A DNA stretch of 51,274 nt, filler included, from Squatina squatina (taxonomy: Eukaryota): the NCBI GenBank assembly GCA_031763465.1. It is 3 parts of 2 records of this genome, joined end to end, with 100 filler letters (N's around TTAATTAATTAA, not from the genome) between each part and the next. Parts side by side here need not be neighbours in the genome. Positions count along the whole stretch, not along the records: positions 1 to 15,788 come from JARFOE010000046.1; 2 more parts are not named here. The stretch is one strand, 5' to 3'. Every line of letters begins with the position of its first letter. Position 1 is the stretch's first letter. The translations under genes and the position numbers were made by a program. Positions 1 to 11,627 of this stretch are shown piece by piece. The notes beneath the pieces are model-generated. The model worked only from the letters and a program-made list of their open reading frames with translations, had not been told where the DNA came from and made no database searches.

Positions 1-1091
1 AATAAGAAGGAATTTCTGCAAATTGATTCATCCTTGTCTTCACCCCTGAAATTGCTGTTAACTTTATTGCAGCAATCAAATCCATCCCAGTGACTAGATC
101 CCCACAGCACGGAGGGCACCACATTACTGAACTGATATCACACAGGGGTTGATCTGAAGATTGAACCCTGAGACAGTAGCAACACCCTGCCACTAAAATC
201 TCTGGGATGTGCTGGAAATGGTGCATACACCTTGCTGCAGAGTATTTATAACTTGAAATAAAGTATTCATAAAATATGAAATCCGTGCCCAGACTGAGCT
301 AGATTTTATGATTTTGCAATTATATTTCAATCGCTTTTTTTAGGGAGCAACACGCCCCACAAACATTTTTAAAAAGTGAGGGCAACAATGCACCTCAACG
401 GCAATCCGGATTCAGAGCAAATATCGTATACAGCACAGTGACTGGTTGGGAATTCAAATTACAAGGGAGAATTTAAATTGACAAGTTGATTAATAAAAAG
501 GGGCAGCGTAATTTCCCCCATCTGAGAAAAAAATGGAAAATTCTGACCCTTGTAAAATGTTTCAATGTGCCACACAATACCAATGCAGGCCTCGCTCGGC
601 CGACACAAAGGCCTGCCTGTTCCTTTCTAATAATTACATTAGGTACATTGCACATCATGGAAGGAGTTGGGATTATTTTCATATAATTGTCTAAATGAAT
701 CGCGCAGTTGTGTGAAAGAAAACGGCATTGAAAACACCGAAATGAACAAAACATTGCCCGAATGGCAAGTCGCTAAATTAGTTCAGAACGGGTGAAAAAC
801 AAAAGGCAAATACAATGTGTAACACTGTGTAGCAGGAGGGGTGAGTTATTCGGTACTTTGACCCACTCGTGGGGTTTTCTCAACGTGAACATTGGTAATG
901 GACGGGAGCTGAGAGAATTTTTGGACCTCGTTTTTAGAGCTTTGAAACAATCTCTCAACTTTCAAAGCGACTGAACTCTGTAGAGGACAGACTGTGGGTC
1001 ACCTGTTCAGATACCTGACCACTGCACCGCAGCGCTTCATGTGATCTGCTTTAGCGATTTACTGAAAGGGCCCGTTTAAGAGCACAAACCC

Positions 1092-1353
1092 TCACACNNN
1101 NNNNNNNNNNNNNNNNNNNNNNNNNNNNNNNNNNNNNNNNNNNNNNNNNNNNNNNNNNNNNNNNNNNNNNNNNNNNNNNNNNNNNNNNNNNNNNNNNCAC
1201 ACACACACAACCCTCTCCCACACACACACACAACCCCCTCTCTCCCGTACACACACATATACCCCAAACACTCACAGACCCCCTTCTCTCCCACACACAC
1301 ACAACCCCCTCCCTCCCACACACACACACAGAACCCGCCACACACACACACAC
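1092..1353. repeat. Interrupted (CA)n-rich low-complexity tract spanning an assembly gap
   Basis: Runs of cacacaca alternate with C-rich spacers; they explain the VCVC-type ORFs at 1051-1377. Confidence 0.9.
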
Positions 1354-1625
1354 ATTACAATTACATGCTGACATCAATCAATTTTTAATTTTTTTTTACA
1401 ACTTTGTTGAAAGTTCGGTATAATAAAGATCTAGTAATTCATAAAATGCGACCCTTAACTGTGCTTTAAAAGGTTGGCTGTGAAATATCAAGAGGCCAGC
1501 TCCAAACATTTCACTCTGAAGCGCGCTTCACATTGCTTTTTCAACATCCTGACGTACTGTAAGAGTCTTTGGCAAACGGGAATGAAAACAACGGTGCAGA
1601 TTCCCAACGGGATGAAGGTCCTCAC

Positions 1626-1747
1626 CTGAAATAATCCACTTTGCAGAAGATTTCTTTGTTTTTAATGTAACAGCTGGTATGTCTGCGTAGGGAGGTCCTG
1701 CAGACTGAACACGCCAAGCAACGAACGTGCCAGATCAGATTATTCAC
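1626..1747 (-). CDS. LHX6: LHX6 coding exon 4 (second half of LIM domain 1)
   Basis: Reverse strand ttgcag|GTG AAT AAT...TTC AG|gtgag, 122 nt, phase 0 in and phase 2 out. Encodes [40 protein letters not shown], versus human LHX6 [40 protein letters not shown] (recalled). Later exons were not found in the window. Confidence 0.95.
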
Positions 1748-3810
1748 CTGCAATTTAATGCAGAAAATCCATCAACTGTCACCTAGTCAGATTAAGCACT
1801 TCAGTCACTTAACCTGAACACATCAAATGCGCAGAAAGTGCGAATTGAGGCCAAAAGGTCCATACATTCGTTATTAACCTGCTTAGGATTTATTTCAGGT
1901 AGTACTTGTGCATTTTATCTCATCTATTTTACAAGCAGGACACATTACAATGTTATTGGAACATCATACAGAGATGAATGTGTAAAACTCACTGAAAATA
2001 CTTCGCGAGATATTAAATGCGAATATTTGTATTAATTTCTGATTGTATTTTTAGATATATCATGCATATAATTTTATTTGATAATTCCTTATTCAGCATC
2101 AGAGGTTTGTCGCGTACATTGAAAGCGCAAACCAAAGTAATCAGGCTTACTTTTCATTATATTTAGATATTAAATATGACGCAAATTTATTCTAATTTAA
2201 TTGTAACATTTAATGGTAAATAACGAGATCGCCTTGGTGCCGTCATCTTCCCACCTCAGGTATAAAAAAGATTTGATAAGGTTCAGAATATCCGAGGAAA
2301 GGGAGAAGGTTTAATTAAGTGAGTTACTTGAACATTTAATGTTGCTCATTCTGATCAATGAGTGCGCCACCTAAGATGGGCAATGTGGCCACTGTGTGCA
2401 AAATAGAACTAGAATCTCAACTATTTATTGGTGAAAATAATGAGGTTTGGGTTCTCGGAGTCACAATCCTAATATATGGACTCATGTGGTTTTGCCTAAT
2501 ATATTTTTTAAGAAACCTGCAAGAGTTCCATGCAAAATAGATGTGGATATTCATATAATGCGTTCTGGACAATTTGTTTCAAAAGGAATTCGGCAGAGTT
2601 TGTCACAGAATCCGTCGTTCTTTCCCCCGCCCCCGTCCCTTGTCAAATAGTCTAAAATAGTAAATTAGACAATGATTTTGAATTCAGAGAATTTTGAAGT
2701 TTAGCAAGAACTGCAGTTATCACTGTTCCAAGCAACACACGATTGATGGTAGCTGCACCACAAACATTAATTAAATACCAGTGTCTATAGAAAACCAACT
2801 AGAAAGTCATAAGGTCAAGATTTAGAAATCGGAATACTTCCCTTTTAAATAAATGGGGGTCCCATTCCCCGAACAGTTCGGGTGAATCCACATTCCGCAA
2901 CATTATAAGCATCTCTGAAACAGCGAATGTAAATGCATGTGTAGATTACAGTCAGTGAACTCTTCTGTCTTTCGTTCGAATTCATGTATTTAAAATAGTA
3001 TTTCATTTTACAAAAGGTAGCTCGATTCAGTCAATATTTTTGTCTACAGTGATTAGTATTTCCACTTAGAAAGAGTTAAAAACCAACAGTTAACAAACCA
3101 CACTTCCTACATCGTCAATTCTGTAGTATTATTTCCTTATTCCCATTTACTTTAAACCAACTCCGATTTATTTTCCAGAAGCCTCTATCTACCCAGCATG
3201 CATAACGCCTCCTCTATCAACAGAAGGGATATTGGGACTTTTCCAACAACATTCTAACTTGGATGCTGATGGCGTGTTCAGTGACAGCTTATGCAGTGGC
3301 CTTTTCTGCATTATGTTGACACGTTAACACGGTGCTTTGAAACATATTTTAGGTGCTACATTTAAAGTTTGGGAATGGTGGTAACATCCCTCACTATGCT
3401 TGTACATTGAAATAAACCAATGCATCTGAATACCGCAGTTTCACATTGATCAGGGTTGGAGAGTTCGAAAATCTACTGCATTGCTGAACAGTAGATTCCA
3501 AGTACATACATATTTTTCTTGCAAAAGTATCTATATAACATATATCAAAGTAAATATATACAATTGGAATTGACGCAGTGATTAATCTGAATCAGCGAGA
3601 CCTATTTCCATTAACCACGCTTATCAGAGATCAGCACTTAAAGACACGCTTTCTCCTCTTTCTGCCCAATATCTATTTTACTTTTGTAATTCAATTGAGA
3701 TTTGCTTATTAAATGAGCGCGCCTTGTTTGAATTGCATGCAACCGATTACTCTCCATGGAGGTGTTACGCTGGCGCTGGTCTCGTTGTGACCTTCAATTA
3801 AAATCCTCAC

Positions 3811-3993
3811 CTTTAACAGATATTTGTCTAGGATTTCTAAGCCACAGCTGGCACAGATGTTTTTGTCGGCAGAGGCGATGGAGTAAGATGATGAAGGCGG
3901 GGATGAAATAGAAGGAGTGGATGGAGGGCTGGGGGAAGATCGAATCTCGTCCTTCTCCACGTTCGTTCCCAACGTGTCGCCATCAGAGTGGGA
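3811..3993 (-). CDS. LHX6: LHX6 coding exon 3 (Ser/Pro-rich region and start of LIM1)
   Basis: ctacag|TCC CAC...TTA AAG|gtgagg, 183 nt, phase 0/0. Encodes [61 protein letters not shown], collinear with human LHX6 [61 protein letters not shown]. Confidence 0.95.
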
Positions 3994-6659
3994 CTGTAGA
4001 AAAGGACAAAATGAAAAATTAATACATTTCATCCAACCAAGTATCTGTTAAAAGTATTATGTCCGTTCTAAAGTCCTTTCACAAGCTTGTAAAAACACTG
4101 CCGTCCCCACTTTAGATTTAGGAAATGCCATTGAATATCATTTTAAAATTATACATGGTTTTTGTCAGTAACTATTTGTTTTCAGTACTAGTCCTGTAAT
4201 TAGACCAAATATAAGATTGGATTGCAAATGTTTAATTTATGAAACTAACTTTTCACGTTGAGAAATAAAGTACACCAGATAAATACAGATGGTCTGTCTA
4301 TTTCCAGTTAAATAAATCATTATCCAATACACGTATTTCAGACTCAACCAGCTGCACACCTCTCTAAACAAGGGTTGATGTTATTTGTCTGCTTTTATAG
4401 ACTCGTCCTATCATAGCATTGACTATAACATTTAAAATGCGCCTAACAAAATTATTGCTGATCGATTTTGGATTTTGTTAACCCTCAGAAATCATTTGAA
4501 AATGGCTGTTATTGTTTTAAGTAAAGAGGGGCCGGAGAATTTACCAATACGCACTCGATCAGTGTGCGGCACTGCACTATATGACCAACATTTCACCTGT
4601 CTATAACCAGGAGGTTTCACTTTCATAAACCAACATGGTTTCCTCGCTATTCCAACTGTGTTTTCCATCGATGGAGTCAAATGTTGTCCACATTTTACAC
4701 TTAGCGTCGTGCAACGATCAATGTATGGGTTTATTAGGGTCGATTTTGAACTAGATTATGCATCACCAGTAACACTGCAGTCCAGGCTGATAGTTTTGTT
4801 TTGCACTGAGGAGTTCGAAGGGAAACGCATTCTGTGACACGGGTTGTTACAAAGGATCTAAATATTATGAGTTTAGCCAACAATATGCACTTCATCGTGA
4901 CAGCTGGGCTGACTTGTATCTGGAGAGCATGCTTTGATCCTGGTCATTTAAAAATACAAGTATATTCGGGCTCCTGTGCTATACACCGACACCGCTGAAG
5001 CGCCCTAACAGTTAATAATTACCAGCCACACATGTATCTCCATCCTATAAAATATAACACACAGCAACAGGGCTAAAAACAAATGGATTTTTAAAAATGA
5101 TGTTGGAGGGGGTATTTTCATGTTTCGGCGGACCATTAAAATGACAATTTCATATGGGTAAACAATGGTCAGCTTTAAGAGTGATTAAGTACAAAGATTC
5201 TTAACATTAAATGATGTATTTCTTAGCAGCGACATAAAGCCGTATTGAATAAAGAGAACACAACAAAGTGATTCCGTTAACATAGTCTGTTATTCACCAT
5301 TACTTGTTCTTTTCAAACTTTGATTGTTCTACTGTGACGGCCCCGCTTGTAAAAGNNNNNNNNNNNNNNNNNNNNNNNNNNNNNNNNNNNNNNNNNNNNN
5401 NNNNNNNNNNNNNNNNNNNNNNNNNNNNNNNNNNNNNNNNNNNNNNNNNNNNNNNTCAAACAAAATGACTATTCAGATTCTGTAAAGTGACACGGGAGAG
5501 AACTACCAGGGCATTAAGCTATTACAGAAGCAGTCAATCAGCATTTAGCTCGCTGTGCCATATGCTGCCACACATTTAAAATTGATGATCTTCCCAAATA
5601 CAAAAAAAACTTAAACTATTCGGAAAGAATCTTGTTGATAATAGGAAACCTGGGTTTCAGAAAATGACAAATGAATTGGCATGTTGAGCAATGAGAATTT
5701 AGCAATCGTTCGTAAATATTTTTTGAAAATGCAGAAGTCAGGAGCAGGATAAAATGTATCACTTGACATTGGTTACCGAAAGGACACGCTGGTAATTTTA
5801 TTACTGTAGGAAGCAAGTGTGATAAATGTAAGTTAATATTTAACAGCTGCTCTGAATTAGCCAAACACAGATGATCTCCCTTCAGAACCAACCAGCAATA
5901 TTTATTGTTGCCTCTGGCTCTGTCTTAGTTTGAAGACTGGATTTGCTATTTGTGGGGAAAAATAGAGGGAATACAGTGTTTCTGACTAATCTAATAGCAT
6001 CAGGCAAAAGAAACTGTTTGTGATCCTGGGGAATGAGAAAGTGGTCTTTACAGAGCAAGAACTGGCTCCTGGAGTCTTTTTGTGGATTTGAAGTCGCAGT
6101 TTGCTTTGCAGCAGAAGTCACTTTGTACTGATGTGTTCAGCTATGGATCAGTTTGACAGTGGTTTAGATCAGCTTCCCATCTTGGTTGGGTTATCACCTG
6201 GGGGAGGCACATCAAGTCCCCCCACAGGAGAAACAAACAAAAACAGAGCAGGTACTGCAGGTTGCCCCACACAGCCCTTAGCACTTAATTAGGAAGCAGC
6301 ATTGGCAGAAGCCTTAGAGGTGGCTGCTTGTCTGATCCATTGGGAATGGCACAGAGTAAGCAAAATGGATGAAAAAATGGGGGAAGAGAGGAGAATTGAA
6401 TCAATGGACCTGCAGTGCATATTGGAAGGGGTGAAGCTCCGTCTACTAAAAATATTAATGAAAAGCATGAGTACAAAACAGGAATTCCAGTTCTGTATTC
6501 CAACTTTTGATAAAATAATCAACAGGAGGAATTTTATTTCCACAAGAGACAGCGACGATACAGGTCATAAATGAGAATAAATATCACAACCCAGTAACCT
6601 TGATCATGTATTCTGTTTTTTCTGTCTGTCTCCCCCACCCCACCCACTCGGCACAATTT

Positions 6660-6945
6660 TCTACCTGCCTCACTTGGGGCTGAACAGGATAGAGCTTTGC
6701 TATGATGTTCTCCCCCACTCCCATGGTTTCATAGCCTGACATTCACTGTCTAGGCTCAAACATGAAGAATGAGGTACCAAAGGGTGGCCTGCAGCTATGA
6801 AACTATAGAACACATGCATTCCACTATAGCCCTATCTACAACTTGTACTCTCATTAGCAGAGCTCCACTGGGGGTGGGGACCACAGTTTCACTGAATTTG
6901 CACTTGAATATGAGTCAGCACCTCAGGAGAGGAGTGGAAAAAAGG
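6660..6945 (+). mobile_element. Old SINE fragment, AmnSINE2-like (tentative family), in LHX6 intron 2
   Basis: The segment atagcctgacattcactgtctaggctcaaacatgaagaat...gagtcagcacctcaggagaggag recurs in diverged form near 23150-23240, so it is an interspersed repeat. The family name is from recall. Confidence 0.45.
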
Positions 6946-7631
6946 AAACGTAAGTGGGTAAAAGCTATTTTTAAAAAGTCTTTGAGAGAAAATGGAAGGC
7001 TTGATAAGAGTGTGTACGTCATATACAGATGTTGTGCATATGTCTGCAGTCTAGTTAGATTAAACAATATTCAGCTGAATTATGTGCTTATGTGGTTTTC
7101 ACTGATAAAACTCCAGAATTAATCCTAGCCTGACTTTGGAGTTAGTAAACTATAGTTCTTGCCAATCCCCACCCATCTGCTCGGAGCTTTAGTAACTAAG
7201 GTGTATCCCTACAGAAGGGGAGGGTGCCCTCTAGGTCAGGCAATCAAAAAACACTAGGCCCGGATTTTGCAGTGCATATGATGGCATACTCTCAGAGAAC
7301 ATCATCATATCGCCTTTGAAATCCACCGCTATTGGGATTCGTGGGCCATTACGCTGCCCTCACTGTGTCAGAGAACAAGTCTACGAAGGAGGGCCACCAT
7401 CAGATAGGTGCGTATTCTTTTCGCAGTTCTGCAGCGCGTTCTGGAGCTATGCCATGCCATAGAATGCAATACTTGGGCCAATGTAGCTTAGTTTGGATAC
7501 ATTTCAGTGTAGTGACTGGTTCCTGCACATGTCAGTCATGAAAAAATAAAATCTATAGCTACAGAGTCAACCTTGAGTGAATGAAGCAAGTTCTGACTAA
7601 TCATGTTCATCTTAAATGTTCTCTTACTCAC

Positions 7632-7703
7632 CATGATCTGAGAAATTTTGCTTTCCACACACCGCGATGTGCCTTGTTTATGCTGACTGTCCTGTGACAT
7701 TAC
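7632..7703 (-). CDS. LHX6: LHX6 coding exon 2 (contains the downstream ATG of the short isoform)
   Basis: ttaaag|GTA ATG TCA...ATC ATG|gtgagt, 72 nt, phase 0/0. Encodes VMSQDSQHKQGTSRCVESKISQIM, same length and anchor residues as human [24 protein letters not shown]. Confidence 0.9.
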
Positions 7704-7889
7704 CTTTAAGAAAGATTTTGAACCAGAAACATGAATGCAATGCTTGCTGCAGCAGTCTCATAAAGGTCTTTAAAGAACTGGACGTTTATATATGCGCCTA
7801 AAATAATAAATAATATTTTTCTAGTGGGCATTTAAATCTATGCAACAATACGGCATTTAATGAAGCAATTTTAATTTTGATTCGATCTT

Positions 7890-8095
7890 TTCTCCACTTA
7901 ACCCTGGGCTCTTGAAGTAATCGCTCACTTTCTGTGCAATCCAAGGCAGAGAAATAAACTACCTGCAATTAGAAACTGGATGAAATCCGGAAGATAAGTG
8001 CCAGCCAGGGTGTCAATTACAGCTGTCAATCAATAAGGCATCCGGGCACCACAGAATTGGAAATTTGATTTCCTAAATGGCAGTAATTAAAAATC
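7890..8095. promoter_or_regulatory. Candidate conserved LHX6 regulatory module (NKX2, DLX-type and PBX-MEIS sites)
   Basis: CCACTTAA at about 7894-7901, GCTCTTGAAGTA at 7908-7919, CAATTA at 7966-7971 and 8014-8019, and CTGTCAATCA (reverse complement TGATTGACAG) at 8023-8032. All lie about 200-330 bp upstream of the exon 2 ATG. Confidence 0.65.
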
Positions 8096-9142
8096 TAATA
8101 TTTTTTGAACGAACGACTGGGAGATGAGAATGTGAAGTGGACAGCTTGAAAGCTTTTTTCTATTCAGAAGACCTCTTTTTTCCTCCTTTTAATTTCAGAT
8201 CGAGATTTACAATTGCAAATGCTCCTTTTTAACCAGCTAATACTGAGGAGGAAGGTAGTAATTTTTGGATCTATAGTGCTGAGTTAAATGGAAACGGGGC
8301 ACGTTTTCGATTATTAGTTGCATTTAAGGAGACGGCGCAACTTGCATTAAGTCTGGGACTGCAGTAATATCTAAGAGCTTTTTTCTGGCACACGCACAAT
8401 ATCTTGACGTTGCATCATACATTTTACAATACGTTTTGTTCCCATATGGCCTTATAAACAGAATAAATACTTGTTTGATTATATTCTCCAAACTGAAATG
8501 GTCACGGACGCGATTACAATTTAAACAGTTAATTTGAATTGGTTTTTATGGTATAATATACTACAAAAATCCAACTAATATTAAATAATTCATAGGGAGT
8601 ACTAAAAANNNNNNNNNNNNNNNNNNNNNNNNNNNNNNNNNNNNNNNNNNNNNNNNNNNNNNNNNNNNNNNNNNNNNNNNNNNNNNNNNNNNNNNNNNNN
8701 NNNNNNNNCTGCAATGCTCTGTCGTGTCCAGCTTCCTTGTTGAACAATCTCACTGATGTTACTCCGGCCCATTGGTTATTATACGTTCCCCCTACCACTC
8801 CTAACACAGATTTTTGAAGGGCCGATCTATTTTCAATTCAGTTTTAATGTTTGAGACGTTCATCCTCCGAGTTCGCCTTTTAGCTATATTTAGAAATCTG
8901 TAATGACTCCCACAATAAGCTCACAGGAGACACTTGGACACACTTTAAACCAATTTAAATGAATTCCAAGCCATTCGTATCCAACAAGGTTTTGCAGCCG
9001 GCTGCTTTTCTCTACTCAACATGCAAGGGAGACACACACGGACTGGCCAGAAAGTCACTAAAACTCCCAGTTAACACTGCACCCAGAATTGTCCAAAGTA
9101 ACAGTTCTCGCTCTCCCTCTCTGCAAAAGCGAAGTGTTTTAC

Positions 9143-9220
9143 CTTTTCGGCTGGAATTCCTTCAGATAGAACCTTGTTGGCCTCTGGCAGAGGAGCCAAA
9201 GCTTCACTTTTCCAGTACAT
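9143..9220 (-). CDS. LHX6: LHX6 coding exon 1 (long-isoform start)
   Basis: ATG TAC TGG AAA...GAA AAG|gtaaa, 78 nt, phase 0. Encodes MYWKSEALAPLPEANKVLSEGIPAEK; the human LHX6 long isoform begins MYWKHENAAPALPEG (recalled). Confidence 0.92.
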
Positions 9221-9547
9221 GGGGAACGTCGAGTCTTAAAAGAACTGGTTCCGCAACACCCAGGAAACTGCTCGAGAACTTTCAGTGTCGATCAAAAGAT
9301 TCCCTCTTTTTTTCTCTCTCTCTCTCTCCTCTTCCCCCTTGCTAGATAAAAGTATAAAATCCACTTGTGGACAGCTCCAGCAGCAGCCCCTGTGTTTCGG
9401 GAGCACTGCACGGTTAGACAGCATCAGCATTTATCAGAGGCGTACCAGAAAATCCTGTTTGCGCTGAGGTATGAGGGGGCATTCAGTGTGATTACGTTTC
9501 GAGACTGGACATCAACGCAGCGCTTACGATTTTTTTTAAAGCTGTGT

Positions 9548-9583
9548 GGAGAGAGAGAGAAACACACACACACACACACACAC
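9548..9583. repeat. (GA)n(CA)n microsatellite upstream of the LHX6 ATG
   Basis: ggagagagagagaaacacacacacacacacacacacacac. Confidence 0.9.
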
Positions 9584-10821
9584 CAACTGGCATGGAAGTT
9601 TCAGATCCTCGACTTCAGAGATCTGATCGCAGACAGCGGGGCTTTTTCAAGAGCTAAATGTTTACTGGACTTTGTAAGCGGAAAAAAAAATTCTTCCTTC
9701 CACTTTTCCGTTCGGAGATGGAGTTGCTGGAAGCCAGGAAGTGAAGTGACTCGATCATGTAGGGCACGTCTGATCTGTCAGCGTCCAGAGAAAGTCCATG
9801 TGGAAGTACGAGGGGTTTAGGGATCTGTTTAATCTAACCGTGTAATCAGGATTGACCGGAGGTGACTGGGGGAGAAAGTTTACCTACCTCTCCTTCACTT
9901 TAACTGGAGTGAGTTCAGCTTGAGCCAGAAGCGCCCACAGGGTTATCAGTGGGTTAGCAGGCGTTTCAAGATCTGTGCATCTGTGTTCCAATAATTTGGC
10001 CCTTGTTGAAATGCATAATCATGTAGTTAAGTTCCTACGACAGTTTATTTTTAATCATGGAAATTCATTGCGGTCATCTATATATTAATGACTCATCTCC
10101 TAAATCAGGTCAAATAAGCACTTTGTCCGGTATGTGCAAAACTGAACCCGGGATTAATAACCCTGCCGCCTTAAATGTGTCCTTTAGCCAAAAAATGCAA
10201 TTTAGGGAGTTGGTTAGTTACTGCTCTGTGAAACGAAAGGCACACCCTCTGGTTGACTGGCACTGTATAGGTGAGATGATTAGGTACGTGATTAAACGTT
10301 TCTGCCCGTGCCTGGGCTGGTACAGTCATCTTTGCACATGGCACTGTTACTCTCATCTCCTCCTCACTCCACACCCAGAACGCAGTCTGGACCGATGATT
10401 TTTTTAAATGCGAATTGTTCGCATTATTTTCGCTCAGCTCAAACTCCATACGATATGTGACAAATCATTTAGATTTGATGTCCTTGTTCTTTTTTTCCTT
10501 GGATCCATTGCGTTGCTATGATAAAACAGAAATGCTTCAGTGGAGCATTATAAACGTATTTACAGCAAGGCACCTATTTTATAAACGCCAATGTATACCT
10601 AAGAATGTGTATATTTCTGTGTGCGGCTGCANNNNNNNNNNNNNNNNNNNNNNNNNNNNNNNNNNNNNNNNNNNNNNNNNNNNNNNNNNNNNNNNNNNNN
10701 NNNNNNNNNNNNNNNNNNNNNNNNNNNNNNNCAGCGGAGAGCGGGAAAGCTCGGAAACGTTTAAGAAGGTTAACGATTCGAGTTCCACGATTCATGCAAC
10801 CCGCTATCGTGTCTGACTGAA

Positions 10822-11020
10822 ACTTTCCAAAGGGCTTTACATGCAACCAAAGTGCAGTGATTGCTGTTACGAAGGGCAATCATTTTTGTGCACAGCAAGA
10901 TCCCACCACTAGCAATGTGATGAACGGCCAGTTAATTTGTTTCCTAACTGCTGGATGTTGCCCAGGGCCCTGGGAGTAATCCTTGCCACTCTTCAAATCG
11001 TGCCTTGGGATCTTCAGTGT
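10822..11020 (-). mobile_element. Old Deu-domain SINE, 3' half (interrupted by a second copy)
   Basis: Reverse complement aligns to the 3' half of the SINEs at 11023-11414 and 36925-37350 (gatcccaaggcacg..., gtgggatcttgctgtgcacaaa, gtaaagccctttgga). Confidence 0.7.
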
Positions 11021-11022
11021 CT

Positions 11023-11414
11023 AGAGATTTGAGCAGAAAAATCTAGGCTGACACTCCACTCCAGTGCTGAAGGAGTGCTGCACTGTCAGAGGTGCCGTCT
11101 TTCCGATGAGACGTTAAACCGAGGCCCCGTCTGCCCTCTCAGCTGGATGTAAAGGATCCCATGGTACTGTTTTGAAGAAGAGCGGGGGAGTTATCCCCGG
11201 TGTCCTGGCCAGCATTTACACCTCAGCCAAAATAACAAAAACCGATTATCTGGTCATTAACACATTGCAGTTTGTGGGAGCTTGCTGTGCGTAAATTGGC
11301 TGCCGTGTTTCCTGCATTACAACAGTGACTGCACTTCAAAAGTTCTTTATTGGCTGTAAAGCACTTTGGGATATCCGATGAAGGGTGCTATAGAAATGCA
11401 AATCTTTCTTTCTT
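11023..11414 (+). mobile_element. Deu-domain SINE (SacSINE1/AmnSINE1 superfamily), 5'-truncated
   Basis: Deu-domain core gaggtgccgtctttccgatgagacgttaaaccgaggcccc...gatcccatgg...ccccggtgtcctggcc; LINE-derived tail ggctgtaaagcactttggga...tatagaaatgcaa followed by (tctt)n. Confidence 0.85.
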
Positions 11415-11525
11415 GGGTGGGTGTGTGGGGTGGGTGGGGTGTGGGGGGGGGAGGTGGTGAAGAGGTGTGGTGAGAGAGGGAAGAGGGGGTGATTTATCGC
11501 TAGCTGTCTCTGAGTNNNNNNNNNN

Positions 11526-11627
11526 GCAGCATATCCTCCATGTTAGACTAGATTATTCGCTTAAGTCTGGGAGTCGAGCTTGAACCCACATCCTTCTTAC
11601 TAAAGTAATGAGTGCTTCCAGTTGAGT
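11526..11627 (-). mobile_element. tRNA-derived head of the interrupted minus-strand SINE
   Basis: Reverse complement ctcaactggaagcactc...agaaggatgtgggttcaagctcgactcccagacttaagcgaataatctag matches the head of the full copy at 36925. Confidence 0.65.

Noticed and set aside
584-616. Imperfect palindrome gcaggcct...tcggccga...aggcctgc in LHX6 intron 4
   Set aside because: Short arms; not distinguishable from chance without conservation data.
3709-4032. Calling the gene LHX8, or treating the 107-aa ORF as a whole protein
   Set aside because: N-terminal exons and RBM18 adjacency indicate LHX6; only 3811-3993 is exonic according to the splice sites.
6302-6574. 90-aa plus-strand ORF inside LHX6 intron 2
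   Set aside because: Non-ATG start, no recognisable domain or codon bias; length compatible with chance.
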